Origin: Actinomycetota bacterium
GTDB taxonomy: Bacteria > Actinomycetota > UBA4738 > CALAEC01
Reading direction: 5' to 3'
Assembly (NCBI GenBank): GCA_050693155.1
Contig: JBOGWA010000099.1
Coordinates: forward strand, 1-54,969
DNA: 54,969 nt
Each line of letters opens with the position of its first letter. Position 1 is the stretch's first letter. A program made the position numbers and the translations under genes. This document shows positions 40,110 through 51,523 of the stretch, piece after piece. The notes beneath the pieces are model-generated. The model saw only the letters and a program-made list of their open reading frames with translations, had not been told where the DNA came from and searched no databases.

Positions 40110-40790
40110 CTAGATGCCCTCGATCGCGTTGGCCTGCTCTCGCGCCTGGAGGTGGAGCTCGAGCTTCCGCTTGATGCGCTGGAGCGCGTTGTCAATCGAC
40201 TTCACATGCCTCGAAAGCAGCACCGCGATCTCCTGATATGACTTCCCTTCCACATACAGGTGGAGGACATCGGCCTCGAAGTCGGAGAGGATCTCACCGA
40301 AGGCCAGCTTGATGCTGCGAAGCTCGTCGCTCGAAATCACTTCGTCGGCCGGATCGTGTATCTGGGGCGTTCGCAGCACGTCTTGAAGGACACGGTCCGG
40401 ATCATCAGCGGCGGCGATTGGTTTCGAGAGTGAGACGTAGGAATTGAGCGGAACGTGCTTTAGGCGGGTCGCGGTCTTGATCGCGGTGATGATCTGTCGG
40501 GTGATACAGAGCTCGGCGAACGCTCGGAACGACGTCTGCTTCTCCTCGGCAAAGTCGCGGATCGCCTTGTAGAGCCCGATCATTCCCTCCTGAACGATGT
40601 CATCCTTGTCGGCGCCGATAAGAAAGTAGGACCTTGCCTTGAGCCGCGCAAAGCCCCGGTACTTGTTCAGGAGGTAGTCGACGGCGGCCTGCGATCCTCG
40701 CCGATAGAGGCGAACCAGCTCCTCATCAGTCGTCTCTTCCATTGCGGCGGCAAAACCCGCCGGAGCGCTCACCAACTGCACGTCTCCCAC
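40110..40790 (-). CDS. sigH: SigH (Spo0H)-type sigma-70 family sigma factor
   Basis: 226 aa. 'YLLNKYRGFARLKARSYFLIGADKDDIVQEGMIGLYKAIRDFAEEKQTSFRAFAELCITRQIITAIKTATRLKHVPLNSYVSL' and 'GKSYQEIAVLLSRHVKSIDNALQRIKRKLE' are near-collinear with Bacillus subtilis SigH as I remember it. Confidence 0.8.
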   Translation of the reverse strand: MGDVQLVSAPAGFAAAMEETTDEELVRLYRRGSQAAVDYLLNKYRGFARLKARSYFLIGADKDDIVQEGMIGLYKAIRDFAEEKQTSFRAFAELCITRQIITAIKTATRLKHVPLNSYVSLSKPIAAADDPDRVLQDVLRTPQIHDPADEVISSDELRSIKLAFGEILSDFEADVLHLYVEGKSYQEIAVLLSRHVKSIDNALQRIKRKLELHLQAREQANAIEGI

Positions 40791-40951
40791 TCTGGAGTAC
40801 CAGCGCTCTCACTGCGGGCACACGATGCGAGAGGCCCGGCAGAAATTATGTGCGCTTAGCCCTCGATTTCGCAAGGAGAGGGGGCAGGGATGTTCGCCGT
40901 GAACCGGGCAAATCGGCGACGCGGGGGGCCCACACGAGGGCGAAGGGGCGC

Positions 40952-41698
40952 TCAGCGGCCTCGCAGCGCGTAGGCGAAGATGGCGATGCCTGCTGCGACC
41001 GAGACGTTCAGAGACGAGACACTCCCCCGAAGTGGGATGGCGATCCTCTCGTCGCAGCGTTCGGAGACGAGGCGAGTGAGCCCCGATCCTTCCGAGCCGA
41101 GGACGAGCGCGAGACGCCCGGGGGGCGGCGTGCTCTCGAAGAGCGAGGTGGACCCGTCGGGCGCGAGCCCCACCACCCAGAAGCGGGCATCATGCAGCCG
41201 GTCGATGGCGCGAGCGATGTTGGTCACGCGAGCAACAGGCAACCGGATGAGGGCGCCGGCGGAGGCTTTGACCGCAGCCTGAGTTATCGCCGCTCCCCGG
41301 CGACGGCGAACGATGAGAGCATCAGCGCCGGCAGCTTCGACGGTTCGCGCGATCGCTCCGAGATTCTGGGGATCGGTGACTCCGTCGAGAACCACGACGA
41401 CTGCTCGCTCCGTCCAGCTCCGTCGGGCGAGGTCGGACTCACGGAGGTCGACGTGCTGCGAGATGCGAACGACGACACCCTGATGCGACGTTCCGCCCGC
41501 CAGGCGCTCGATCGTCTCGCGGGAGACCCTCGTGACCGGAACACCGGCTCGATCGGCTGCGTTCACCAGCGCCTTGACACCGGCGCCCGCCGCCGAGCGC
41601 GCGATGAGCAGTTCCCGTGCCCTGCGCGCTCTGATCGCCTCGGCTGCCGGACGTCGTCCGACGACGACGATTTCCCCGGCTCGCTCTCGGGCACTCAC
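40952..41698 (-). CDS. rlmB: 23S rRNA (guanosine-2'-O)-methyltransferase RlmB (TrmH/SpoU family)
   Basis: SpoU motifs 'VLDGVTDPQNLGAIART', 'LVLGSEGSGL' and 'IPLRGSVSSLNVSVAAGI'. The GTG start at 41698 forms a GTGA overlap with the ispF stop. The track ORF extends to 41728. Confidence 0.85.
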   Translation of the reverse strand: MSARERAGEIVVVGRRPAAEAIRARRARELLIARSAAGAGVKALVNAADRAGVPVTRVSRETIERLAGGTSHQGVVVRISQHVDLRESDLARRSWTERAVVVVLDGVTDPQNLGAIARTVEAAGADALIVRRRRGAAITQAAVKASAGALIRLPVARVTNIARAIDRLHDARFWVVGLAPDGSTSLFESTPPPGRLALVLGSEGSGLTRLVSERCDERIAIPLRGSVSSLNVSVAAGIAIFAYALRGR

Positions 41699-42171
41699 GT
41701 GTAACCGAGAACGGCGACCGCGAAGCACGCGGCTCCCTCACCCGAGAGGCTGAGTCCCTCCGGGCGCGTCGCCTTCAACGAGACGCGAGAAACGTCGACC
41801 CCCAGGGCGCCGGCGATGTTCGCCCGCATCACCTCGCGCTTGTCCGCGATAACGGGGCGCTCGGCGACAACGACGAGATCACATGACTCGGGGGCGAGCC
41901 CCTCCGCTCGCACGGCTGCCACGGATCGGGCAAGAAGCTCCAGGCCGGCAAGGTCGGCGAAGGCCTGATCCTCCTCCGGGAAATGCGCACCGAGGTCGCC
42001 GAGGGCGGCCGCGCCGAAGAGAGCATCGGCCAATGCGTGACAGACGACGTCTGCGTCGGAGTGGCCCGCCAGGCCGGCCTCTCCATCGAACCGCGCGCCG
42101 GCAAGCGTCAGCGGGCGATTGGGGTCTCGCGCATGCGAGTCGAACCCGAGACCGACACGGACCTCAGCCAT
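41695..42171 (-). CDS. ispF: 2-C-methyl-D-erythritol 2,4-cyclodiphosphate synthase
   Basis: 'VRVGLGFDSHA' and 'GHSDADVVCHALADAL'. The ATG at 42171 overlaps the ispD stop by 8 nt. Confidence 0.9.
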   Translation of the reverse strand: MAEVRVGLGFDSHARDPNRPLTLAGARFDGEAGLAGHSDADVVCHALADALFGAAALGDLGAHFPEEDQAFADLAGLELLARSVAAVRAEGLAPESCDLVVVAERPVIADKREVMRANIAGALGVDVSRVSLKATRPEGLSLSGEGAACFAVAVLGYT

Positions 42172-42844
42172 CGGCGCTCCCCGCAAACGCGGCGGCGATC
42201 TCGAGGTCGGCCGGTGTCGTAATTTTGAGATTTCTCGCGTCTCCAGGCACCGTCACTATCCGAAACCCCGCGGCCTCCAGCAGCGCTGCGTCATCGGTCG
42301 CGGTCATCGCTGTTTCCACTGCTCGCTGGTGAGACTCCTCGAGAGCTCCTCGCCGGAATGCCTGAGGAGTCTGCACGAAGACGAGCTCGTCGCGAGGGAG
42401 CGACTCGACGACGCGAGACTCCTCCACGCGTTTCACGGTATCGGCAACGGGAAGGGCTGGCACCGCACCATCGGCTCCCTGGAGGGCGCCCAGCACGGCC
42501 CGGTAGAGGCGGGGAGAGGCGAACGGTCTCGCCACGTCGTGGCACACGACGGCATCCGAATCACGCGGTAGCGCGGCGAGGCCCGCGCGGACCGACGCCT
42601 GCCTCGTCTCTCCCCCGGCCACCGTCTCGACCCTCGGCCCGAGCGTGGAAAGAGCGGCTCGTGCATCGTCCTCTCGACCGAGCGGAACGATCGCCACGAC
42701 CAGGCCGACCTCGGGAACCGCCGACAGAGCAATGACGCACAGCTGGAGGAGTGAACGCCCACGGATCTCGACGAACGCCTTTGGAACATCCGTTCCGAGG
42801 CGCTCCCCTCGCCCGGCGGCGACCAGGAGCACCGCGGCATTCAT
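42164..42844 (-). CDS. ispD: 2-C-methyl-D-erythritol 4-phosphate cytidylyltransferase
   Basis: 'AVLLVAAGRGERLG...PKAF', 'VVCHDVARPF' and 'VPALPVADTVK'. An ATGA overlap joins it to the upstream PIN/TRAM gene. Confidence 0.9.
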   Translation of the reverse strand: MNAAVLLVAAGRGERLGTDVPKAFVEIRGRSLLQLCVIALSAVPEVGLVVAIVPLGREDDARAALSTLGPRVETVAGGETRQASVRAGLAALPRDSDAVVCHDVARPFASPRLYRAVLGALQGADGAVPALPVADTVKRVEESRVVESLPRDELVFVQTPQAFRRGALEESHQRAVETAMTATDDAALLEAAGFRIVTVPGDARNLKITTPADLEIAAAFAGSADG

Positions 42845-43923
42845 TCGTCGCCGAGTCGACCGAAGATCATCGTGCCGGTGTGGGTCTGGAGCACGTTGGT
42901 GACCTGGACGCGCTCCTGCGCGCCGAGTCGGTCGGCCGCCCCCTCGACGACCACCATGGTCCCGTCCTCGAGATACCCAACCCCTTGCCCGTGCTCACGA
43001 CCCTCTTTCGATATCAGGACGAGGACCTCCTCGCCCGGAAGCACCGGCGGCCGGAGCGCCGCGGCCAGCTGATTCAACGAGCGGACCGGAACGTCCAGGG
43101 TCTCGGCCACGGTGGCGAGGTTTGCATCAGTCGTCACGAGTACTCCGCCACGGTCGCGTGCGAGCCGCACGAGTTCGGTATCCACATCGTCGCTCGACGC
43201 CTGTTCTTCGATGAGGACGACGTCGATCTGCGGCATTCGCTGGAGCTCCTTCAAGATCTCGAGTCCCCTCTGCCCGCGCGCCCGTCGCTTCGGATCCGAC
43301 GAATCGGCGATCCGATGCAGCTCGTCGAGCACGCCGCGATGCACGAGCAGGGAACCTCCGAGAAAGCCGGAGCGCACGACGTCCAGAACTCGACCGTCGA
43401 TGATCGCGCTCGTGTCGAGGATGTTCACCTCACCACGCCGCGAACCAGAGGCGCGTGGCTTCAAACCGAACAGACCGAACAACTCCTCATGGCGAGCCCG
43501 GCCGACTCGATACCCGAGAGCGCTCAGCGCGAGGGCGACGAATGCCGTGGTCGGCGCCGCCGCCACGATCGGGAGGCGGAAGAGCAGGACGGAGGTGAGC
43601 GCCGCAACGACGAGACCGAGGATGAGACCGAGCACGCCTGCGAGCAACTCGGAGGCGGGCACTCGCCGGAACTCCTGTTCGGCATCAGTGACTGCGGCCG
43701 CGGTTCGCCTCCCAAGGATTCCGCCGGCCACGTACCCGACCATGCTGCCCAGCGCGATCCCAACAATGAGACGGGACGAGCCGCGCCCGTCGAGGGCCCG
43801 CGCGATCCGCCACCCACCGGCGGCGAAGACGGCAACCAGGATCAGGCGGACGAGCTCAACGACGAGCCCTTGATGCCGGCTTGTGCTCTTGCGCTCAGAC
43901 ATTCCGTGCTCACGGTGCGCCAT
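42841..43923 (-). CDS. PIN/TRAM domain protein (YacL-like), membrane anchored
   Basis: 360 aa with four N-terminal TM helices, a PIN domain ('ILDTSAIIDGRVLD...TTDANLATVAE') and a C-terminal TRAM-like beta domain ('GVGYLEDGTMVVVEGA'). Confidence 0.8.
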   Translation of the reverse strand: MAHREHGMSERKSTSRHQGLVVELVRLILVAVFAAGGWRIARALDGRGSSRLIVGIALGSMVGYVAGGILGRRTAAAVTDAEQEFRRVPASELLAGVLGLILGLVVAALTSVLLFRLPIVAAAPTTAFVALALSALGYRVGRARHEELFGLFGLKPRASGSRRGEVNILDTSAIIDGRVLDVVRSGFLGGSLLVHRGVLDELHRIADSSDPKRRARGQRGLEILKELQRMPQIDVVLIEEQASSDDVDTELVRLARDRGGVLVTTDANLATVAETLDVPVRSLNQLAAALRPPVLPGEEVLVLISKEGREHGQGVGYLEDGTMVVVEGAADRLGAQERVQVTNVLQTHTGTMIFGRLGDE

Positions 43924-43957
43924 AGGGCGCCCGAGGACAAGTGTTTGCCGTGACAGG

Positions 43958-44467
43958 CTAGATGGTTTCGCGGATGATCGAGTGTGCTTCTTCGAGCACC
44001 TTGTCGACCATGTCCTCGGCCTTCTCGGCGTCGGAATTGACCGCGAAGACGAGCTCGGAGCAGAGGATCTGGCGGGCCTTCGCCAGCATCCGCTTCTCGC
44101 CTGCCGACAGCCCCTTGTCCCGTTCCCGGATGGAGAGGTTCCGAACGACTTCGGCGACCTGGTAGATGTCGCCGGACTTGATCTTTTCGATGTTCGTCTT
44201 GTAGCGGCGGCTCCAGTTGGTTGCCTTCCCAGGCGTGGCTCTGTCGCGGAGAACGTCGAGTACCTTCTTGACCTCTCGCCTGCTCACGACCTCGCGGAGA
44301 CCGACTTCCTCGGTGTTGTCGACGGGGACCATGAGCGTGAGGTCGCCGTGGGCAAGCTTCAAAACAAAGTACTTCCTCTTCTCGCCTTGGAGTTCCCGCT
44401 CCGTGAGACCCTCGATGACTGCCGCCCCATGATGTGGATAGATGACCTTGTCTCCTTTACGGAACAC
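43958..44467 (-). CDS. carD: CarD-family RNA-polymerase-binding transcriptional regulator
   Basis: 'FRKGDKVIYPHHGAAVIEGL...KYFVLKLAHGDLTLMVPV...NWSRRYKTNIEKIKSGDIYQVAEVVRNL...LSAGEKRMLAKARQIL'. The GTG at 44467 aligns with the mycobacterial CarD N-terminus (MIFKVGD). The track ORF (to 44554) would run through the putative promoter. Confidence 0.85.
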   Translation of the reverse strand: MFRKGDKVIYPHHGAAVIEGLTERELQGEKRKYFVLKLAHGDLTLMVPVDNTEEVGLREVVSRREVKKVLDVLRDRATPGKATNWSRRYKTNIEKIKSGDIYQVAEVVRNLSIRERDKGLSAGEKRMLAKARQILCSELVFAVNSDAEKAEDMVDKVLEEAHSIIRETI

Positions 44468-44519
44468 GAACCCCCCTTGATGTAGCCGTCTTCTTGAGAT
44501 TTGGGCGACCGGGACACAC

Positions 44520-44549
44520 ATGATAGCACGACCGTCGGTCGCTCGGCAA
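44520..44549 (-). promoter_or_regulatory. Putative carD promoter (TTGCCG-18 nt-TATCAT)
   Basis: Hexamers read by eye on the minus strand about 50-80 nt upstream of the GTG start. This is an inference only. Confidence 0.3.
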
Positions 44550-44575
44550 ACCAAAAGCCCAGGTCACAGGCGCTT

Positions 44576-45940
44576 TCACACCGCCGAGGACACGGCTTCC
44601 GCACGCGTGGAGCGCACATGCCCTTGCTGTTTCGCCCCGCCGCGGGCCCAACCGAGGGCCTCACGAACATGGCGAACCGGCACGACCTCAAGGTCGGCGG
44701 AACCAGAGGTCTCGCCGGCACAGAACACGGTCCGGAGTCCAGCCGCGCGCGCCGCCTGGAGCCGCTGCGTCAGATTGACCGGCGGGCGAACGGTCCCCGT
44801 GAGGCTCACCTCGCCCGCAAACGCCGCGGGAGGCGGGGGCCAGCCGGTAACGGCTGAAGCCAGCGCCGCCGCAACGGCGAGGTCGGCGCCCGGCTCGCCG
44901 ACGCGAATTCCGCCGGCCGCGGAGCCGTAGAGCTCGCACCGCGCCAGCGGGATCCCCGCGGCCCGATCCACAACTGCCGCGATCAGCCCGAAGCGACGCG
45001 CATCGAGGCCGGAGACATGTCGACGAGGCGGGCCGTCGGTCGGAATCGCGAGTGCCTGAACCTCGACGGCGAGCGCGCGCCGACCGGCGATCAGGAGCGC
45101 CGTGGCGGCTCCCGGCTCCAGTTCTTGTGGCGCAAGCAGACTCCCAGGGTCGACCTCGCGGAGCCCTTGGGCGCTCATCTCGTACCAGGAGATCTCGCCC
45201 TCCGGCCCGAAGCGGTTCTTTCCGGCCGCAAGGATCCTCAGGCCGGTGGCGGGATCGCCATCGAACGAGCAAACCACGTCGACGGCGTGCTCGAGCGTCC
45301 GAGGTCCCGCCACGTCGCCGTCCTTCGTGACCTGGCCGACAAGCAGGACGGCGATTCCCTGCTCCTTTGCAAGGCCAACGAGTGCGTCGGCACACGCCCG
45401 AACCTGCGCCGGACCACCGGGCAGGGACGGAAGCTCCGAGCTCCGGATCGCCTGGATCGAATCCACGACGAGGACCGTGGGCCGGGCCGCACGGGCAGCA
45501 TCGACGACCGAACGGAGATCCCGGCCGGCGACGAACGAGACGCGCTCACCTGGGATCCCGAGACGCGCCGCTCTGGCCGCCACCTGGTCGGCGGTCTCTT
45601 CACCCGAGGCCAGCAGGCACGTCCGCCCGTCGCCGGAAAGACCCTCTGCAAGTTGAAGAAGAAGTGTGGACTTCCCGATTCCCGGCTCCCCGGCGAGAAG
45701 GACGACCGACCCAGGTACCAGGCCCCCGCCGAGCACCCGATCCACCCCCTCCAGACCGGTCGGGATTCGCGCCTCCAGCGCCCCCGATGGAGCGAGCGGC
45801 ATTGGAGCAGGGCCGGTCGTCCCCGGCTGAAAGCTCGCCTCGATCGTGCCCCACGAGTCACAGGAGGGACACCGACCGAGCCATTGAGTCGTGACGTGTC
45901 CGCATTCCCGACACGCGAGTCGTGGCCGATCCTTCGCCAT
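44576..45940 (-). CDS. radA: DNA repair protein RadA/Sms
   Basis: 454 aa with the zinc ribbon 'CRECGHVTTQWLGRCPSCDSWG', Walker A 'GEPGIGKST', 'KNRFG' and a Lon-like C-terminal domain. Confidence 0.95.
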   Translation of the reverse strand: MAKDRPRLACRECGHVTTQWLGRCPSCDSWGTIEASFQPGTTGPAPMPLAPSGALEARIPTGLEGVDRVLGGGLVPGSVVLLAGEPGIGKSTLLLQLAEGLSGDGRTCLLASGEETADQVAARAARLGIPGERVSFVAGRDLRSVVDAARAARPTVLVVDSIQAIRSSELPSLPGGPAQVRACADALVGLAKEQGIAVLLVGQVTKDGDVAGPRTLEHAVDVVCSFDGDPATGLRILAAGKNRFGPEGEISWYEMSAQGLREVDPGSLLAPQELEPGAATALLIAGRRALAVEVQALAIPTDGPPRRHVSGLDARRFGLIAAVVDRAAGIPLARCELYGSAAGGIRVGEPGADLAVAAALASAVTGWPPPPAAFAGEVSLTGTVRPPVNLTQRLQAARAAGLRTVFCAGETSGSADLEVVPVRHVREALGWARGGAKQQGHVRSTRAEAVSSAV

Positions 45941-45996
45941 GCCGGGACGCTACCCGGCGGGTATGACATGAACGCTCTGCGGTGTGCGGCTTTCGG

Positions 45997-48333
45997 CTAG
46001 AGCTGTCCGCCGAGACCCCCGGACTCCTCATCGGGAATCCACGCGGGGGGCGGAAGGCCGGCGGTCGGGCTGGTGTCTTCGGGCGCTGTGGCCGACCCAC
46101 GTTTCGCCGTCTCCATGGAGTTCCGAAGCGGCGCGGGAGCGGGACCCGGATTCGTCTCCCCGACCGTCACGATCCGGGCAACCGATGGAATCGGGCCGTC
46201 GGGCGACTCCCGATTGACGAAGAGGTAATACGGGCCGGGTGGCGCGGCGATCCCATCAGGCGGCGCCTCGACCTTCAACGTCCTTCCCTTGCCCGAGAAC
46301 GCGAGCTCCAGGGCACGCTGGTCGGCATCGATCGTGTGCGTCTGCGCCGGCACACGCATGAGGATCATCGAGTCGACATCCGAGGCGTCGTAGGGCCCGG
46401 CGAGGGTCACCGAGAAGGTCTCGCCCCAGTCGATTCCCGACTTCACCCACCGGATCTCCGGGCGCGCGCCCCGGAAGAGGTACGGCGGCTCGAAGATCTC
46501 GAAGCTCGGGTCCTTGTCGTTGTTCGCGAAGGGACCACCGGGGTCCATGTGCTTGTGCGCGAAGGCGGGGATCGGCGAGTGGCCCCCGACGAGCACCCGT
46601 CCATCGGGTAACAGCACTGCGCTGTTGTGATATGTGCGGTCCCGCCCCGACGGCGCAAGCGGCCGCCACTCCGTCGTGTCCGGATCGAAGAGCTCCGTTT
46701 CCCGGACGGGAATGTTCGGCCCCGGGAACAGGACCTCGTCGCTGTCGGCGCCGTTGAATGCGGCAACCGTCCCGTCGGGCAGCAGGACGGGCGTCGAGAA
46801 CCATCGAGGATTGTTGAGCATGCCGGTCATCTCGCTCGACACGTCACCCTCGTCGTCGACCGTGATGAGCTCGGAAAGCGGCGTCGCCACATATCCACTT
46901 GGCGTGGGCCCGAGCGTCCCGCCGCCGAGGAGCAGCGTCGCTTCTTCGTACGGCGGCCGCATCGGGAGCATGACGGAGAACGCGCCGCCGCGAACGCCGA
47001 ACTGCGACGGCCCAACGACCTCCCACTCCCTCGTCTCCGGATTGAAGAACTGCTGGAGGGCCCAGAGCGCCTCGTTGACATCCCAACCGGTCGGCGTCAC
47101 GCCGTTCATCTGTCCCGCTCCGGTGTAGAAGATCTTGCCGTTCGGCATGAGGTGAAGCCGCGGATAGAGCGGAAGCGAGTTCTCCGAGGCCATGCCCGTG
47201 TAGTTCTCGTGCCACCGGCCGGTTGCCGGGTTGTAGGTCTCGGTGCGTCGAACCTGTCCACCCTGCGTGTTGGCCACAAGCCGCGTCACGCCGCTCGCGA
47301 CGAGCACCTTGCCGTCCGGGAGCGTGACGAGAGATGGATACCAACGCCCATACTTCATCGGTTCGACCTGCGTGAAGCGATTCGTCCCCGGATCGAAGAC
47401 CCACGCGTTTCGGATTCCTTCAAGCTCCGGCCGGCCCCACCCGCCGACCATCGGCGCGTCGTCAGGCACGGACGGCTGGTTATAGAAATCGGTACCGCCG
47501 GCGATGAGCAGCCGACCGTCGGCGAGCTGCTTCACGTCGGAGCAGAAGATGTCGGCGTCGTTTTTCCGCGGGTCGTCCGGTGGCGCCGACGGCGGACCCT
47601 GGACCACGTGCCCCACGGTGCTGCCCACCGGACCGTCTCCCGGCCGGCCGGGAACGCCGAGGGTTCCGAGGACTTCTTCGACGTCGTCACGCTCCTCACT
47701 GATCGCGGGGTTCTCGCCACCGGCGGTTTCCGGGCGAGGAATCCCAAACGCCGGACCCCGCCCACGCAGGTCAAGCACGCGAGCCTTCGAGTTCCGGGAC
47801 CGGAGCGCCGCGTACTCGGGCCCCAAAGTAACCTCGACGGACTCGGTCCCCTCGATACCGTTCCAGTAAAGGACCCGTCCGTCCGAGAGCACGATGACGG
47901 ACACGGCGGTCGGCTTACAGATCACGTCACCCTTCACGAGCCGGCAACGCTCCTTCTTCTTTCCGCCCTCCTCGAACGGCTTCGACCACCGCCCGACGAC
48001 GGAGGGATCGGCTTGCTGGGCGCCCGCGGAGGGAATCATCGTCGCCGCCAGGAGGGTCGCAGCACCGACCACGGCGAGGCGCGTCAACGAGGTGCGCTTC
48101 ATGAGGAATCGCCCAGCGAGGAAGAGCAGAGCGCCAGACGCCGCGACCGCGAACGGCACGGGGTTCAGCCCACCGGCCGGAGCGGCCGGAGCGACCGGCA
48201 AGCCCCCGCCGAAGTCGTGGGCGAGCGCAGGGCCGGCAACGCCGACAAGCAACAGGGTCAAACTAGCGAAGAGAGCGAGACGAGCAGTCGCTCGTGCCAC
48301 CCTCCGATTATACGAAGCGTCTACGAGCAACAT
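45997..48333 (-). CDS. Galactose-oxidase/GlxA-like radical copper oxidase (Kelch beta-propeller plus a C-terminal DUF1929/E-set domain)
   Basis: All four ligand contexts are present. They are 'DIFCSDVKQLADGRLLIAGG' (Cys of the Cys-Tyr cofactor), 'GRWYPSLVTLPDGKVLVASG' (Tyr), 'RTYHNSAVLLPDGRVLVGG' (Tyr-His) and 'PAQTHTIDADQR' (His). The C-terminal 'PPGPYYLFV' is typical of DUF1929. The start is uncertain: ATG 48333, or ATG 48102 (MKRTSL..., a classic signal peptide). The track ORF to 49491 overlaps clpC and is rejected. Confidence 0.8.
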   Translation of the reverse strand: MLLVDASYNRRVARATARLALFASLTLLLVGVAGPALAHDFGGGLPVAPAAPAGGLNPVPFAVAASGALLFLAGRFLMKRTSLTRLAVVGAATLLAATMIPSAGAQQADPSVVGRWSKPFEEGGKKKERCRLVKGDVICKPTAVSVIVLSDGRVLYWNGIEGTESVEVTLGPEYAALRSRNSKARVLDLRGRGPAFGIPRPETAGGENPAISEERDDVEEVLGTLGVPGRPGDGPVGSTVGHVVQGPPSAPPDDPRKNDADIFCSDVKQLADGRLLIAGGTDFYNQPSVPDDAPMVGGWGRPELEGIRNAWVFDPGTNRFTQVEPMKYGRWYPSLVTLPDGKVLVASGVTRLVANTQGGQVRRTETYNPATGRWHENYTGMASENSLPLYPRLHLMPNGKIFYTGAGQMNGVTPTGWDVNEALWALQQFFNPETREWEVVGPSQFGVRGGAFSVMLPMRPPYEEATLLLGGGTLGPTPSGYVATPLSELITVDDEGDVSSEMTGMLNNPRWFSTPVLLPDGTVAAFNGADSDEVLFPGPNIPVRETELFDPDTTEWRPLAPSGRDRTYHNSAVLLPDGRVLVGGHSPIPAFAHKHMDPGGPFANNDKDPSFEIFEPPYLFRGARPEIRWVKSGIDWGETFSVTLAGPYDASDVDSMILMRVPAQTHTIDADQRALELAFSGKGRTLKVEAPPDGIAAPPGPYYLFVNRESPDGPIPSVARIVTVGETNPGPAPAPLRNSMETAKRGSATAPEDTSPTAGLPPPAWIPDEESGGLGGQL

Positions 48334-48395
48334 ATCGGCGCCGCGAGCGTGTCCCGGTCGCCGCGAGTGCAAACGCCCTGGACCCCCAGTCCTCC

Positions 48396-50870
<2,475 letters not shown>

Positions 50871-51187
50871 CCGCGCTTCCCCCTGGGCCGAAACGCTTCG
50901 ACCCGGTACCTTCCTCGAGGCTCAGCGGACCCCGTCCTACCCCCGAGTCATGTGAGGCGCCCCGGGTGGCGACCGCCGCCTCGGAACGCCCACCGTGAGT
51001 ATACCGCTGGGCTCCAATTACTCCTGAAGCCTCTGTGGGAACCATTTCTTCTCTTCTCGGTAAACGCTGGGACGACCCTAAGCGTTCCCAGGGAAAGGAT
51101 TCTTTCTCAGGTCCGATGCTTCGGCGACGCCGGTACCGGCTCCTCCCGGGGTCGTAGGGATGATCTCCGCCGAAGAGGGCGAACCGG

Positions 51188-51460
51188 TCAGTCGAACCCA
51201 GGCTGCCCGTTCCCCTCGCCGGAGAGGCGCTCCTTCACTCGCTCGCTCGCGCGCCCGACCCTTGCGTGGACGGCTTGGAAGCCCCGGCCGGCGCCAGCCT
51301 GCGCGGCCTCCTTTCCTTTCTGAATCGCACGCTTGACACGAGGGTCGCCGATGAAACCCTGCCATGCGCGCCGCAATTGTTCGTAGCGCTCCCGTCCCGC
51401 CTTCGTTCCAAGGACGTAGCCGACGCCGAGCCCGATCAGCAGTCCCGATCTGAAACGCAT
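51188..51460 (-). CDS. Small YtxH-like membrane/stress protein
   Basis: 90 aa. 'GLLIGLGVGYVLGTKAGRERYEQL' resembles the YtxH glycine-zipper helix followed by a charged helical tail. The family confidence is low. Confidence 0.45.
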   Translation of the reverse strand: MRFRSGLLIGLGVGYVLGTKAGRERYEQLRRAWQGFIGDPRVKRAIQKGKEAAQAGAGRGFQAVHARVGRASERVKERLSGEGNGQPGFD

Positions 51461-51523
51461 GGCAATCCCCCTCCTCTTGCGTCTCCGCCAGTGATTCTCC
51501 CCCGGGCGGCGGTCCTCCTTACC

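Noticed and set aside
40110-40790. Taking the SigH/Spo0H-type sigma factor as evidence of endospore formation.
   Set aside because: No other sporulation genes are present in the window. SigH-like factors and this synteny also occur in non-sporulating lineages.
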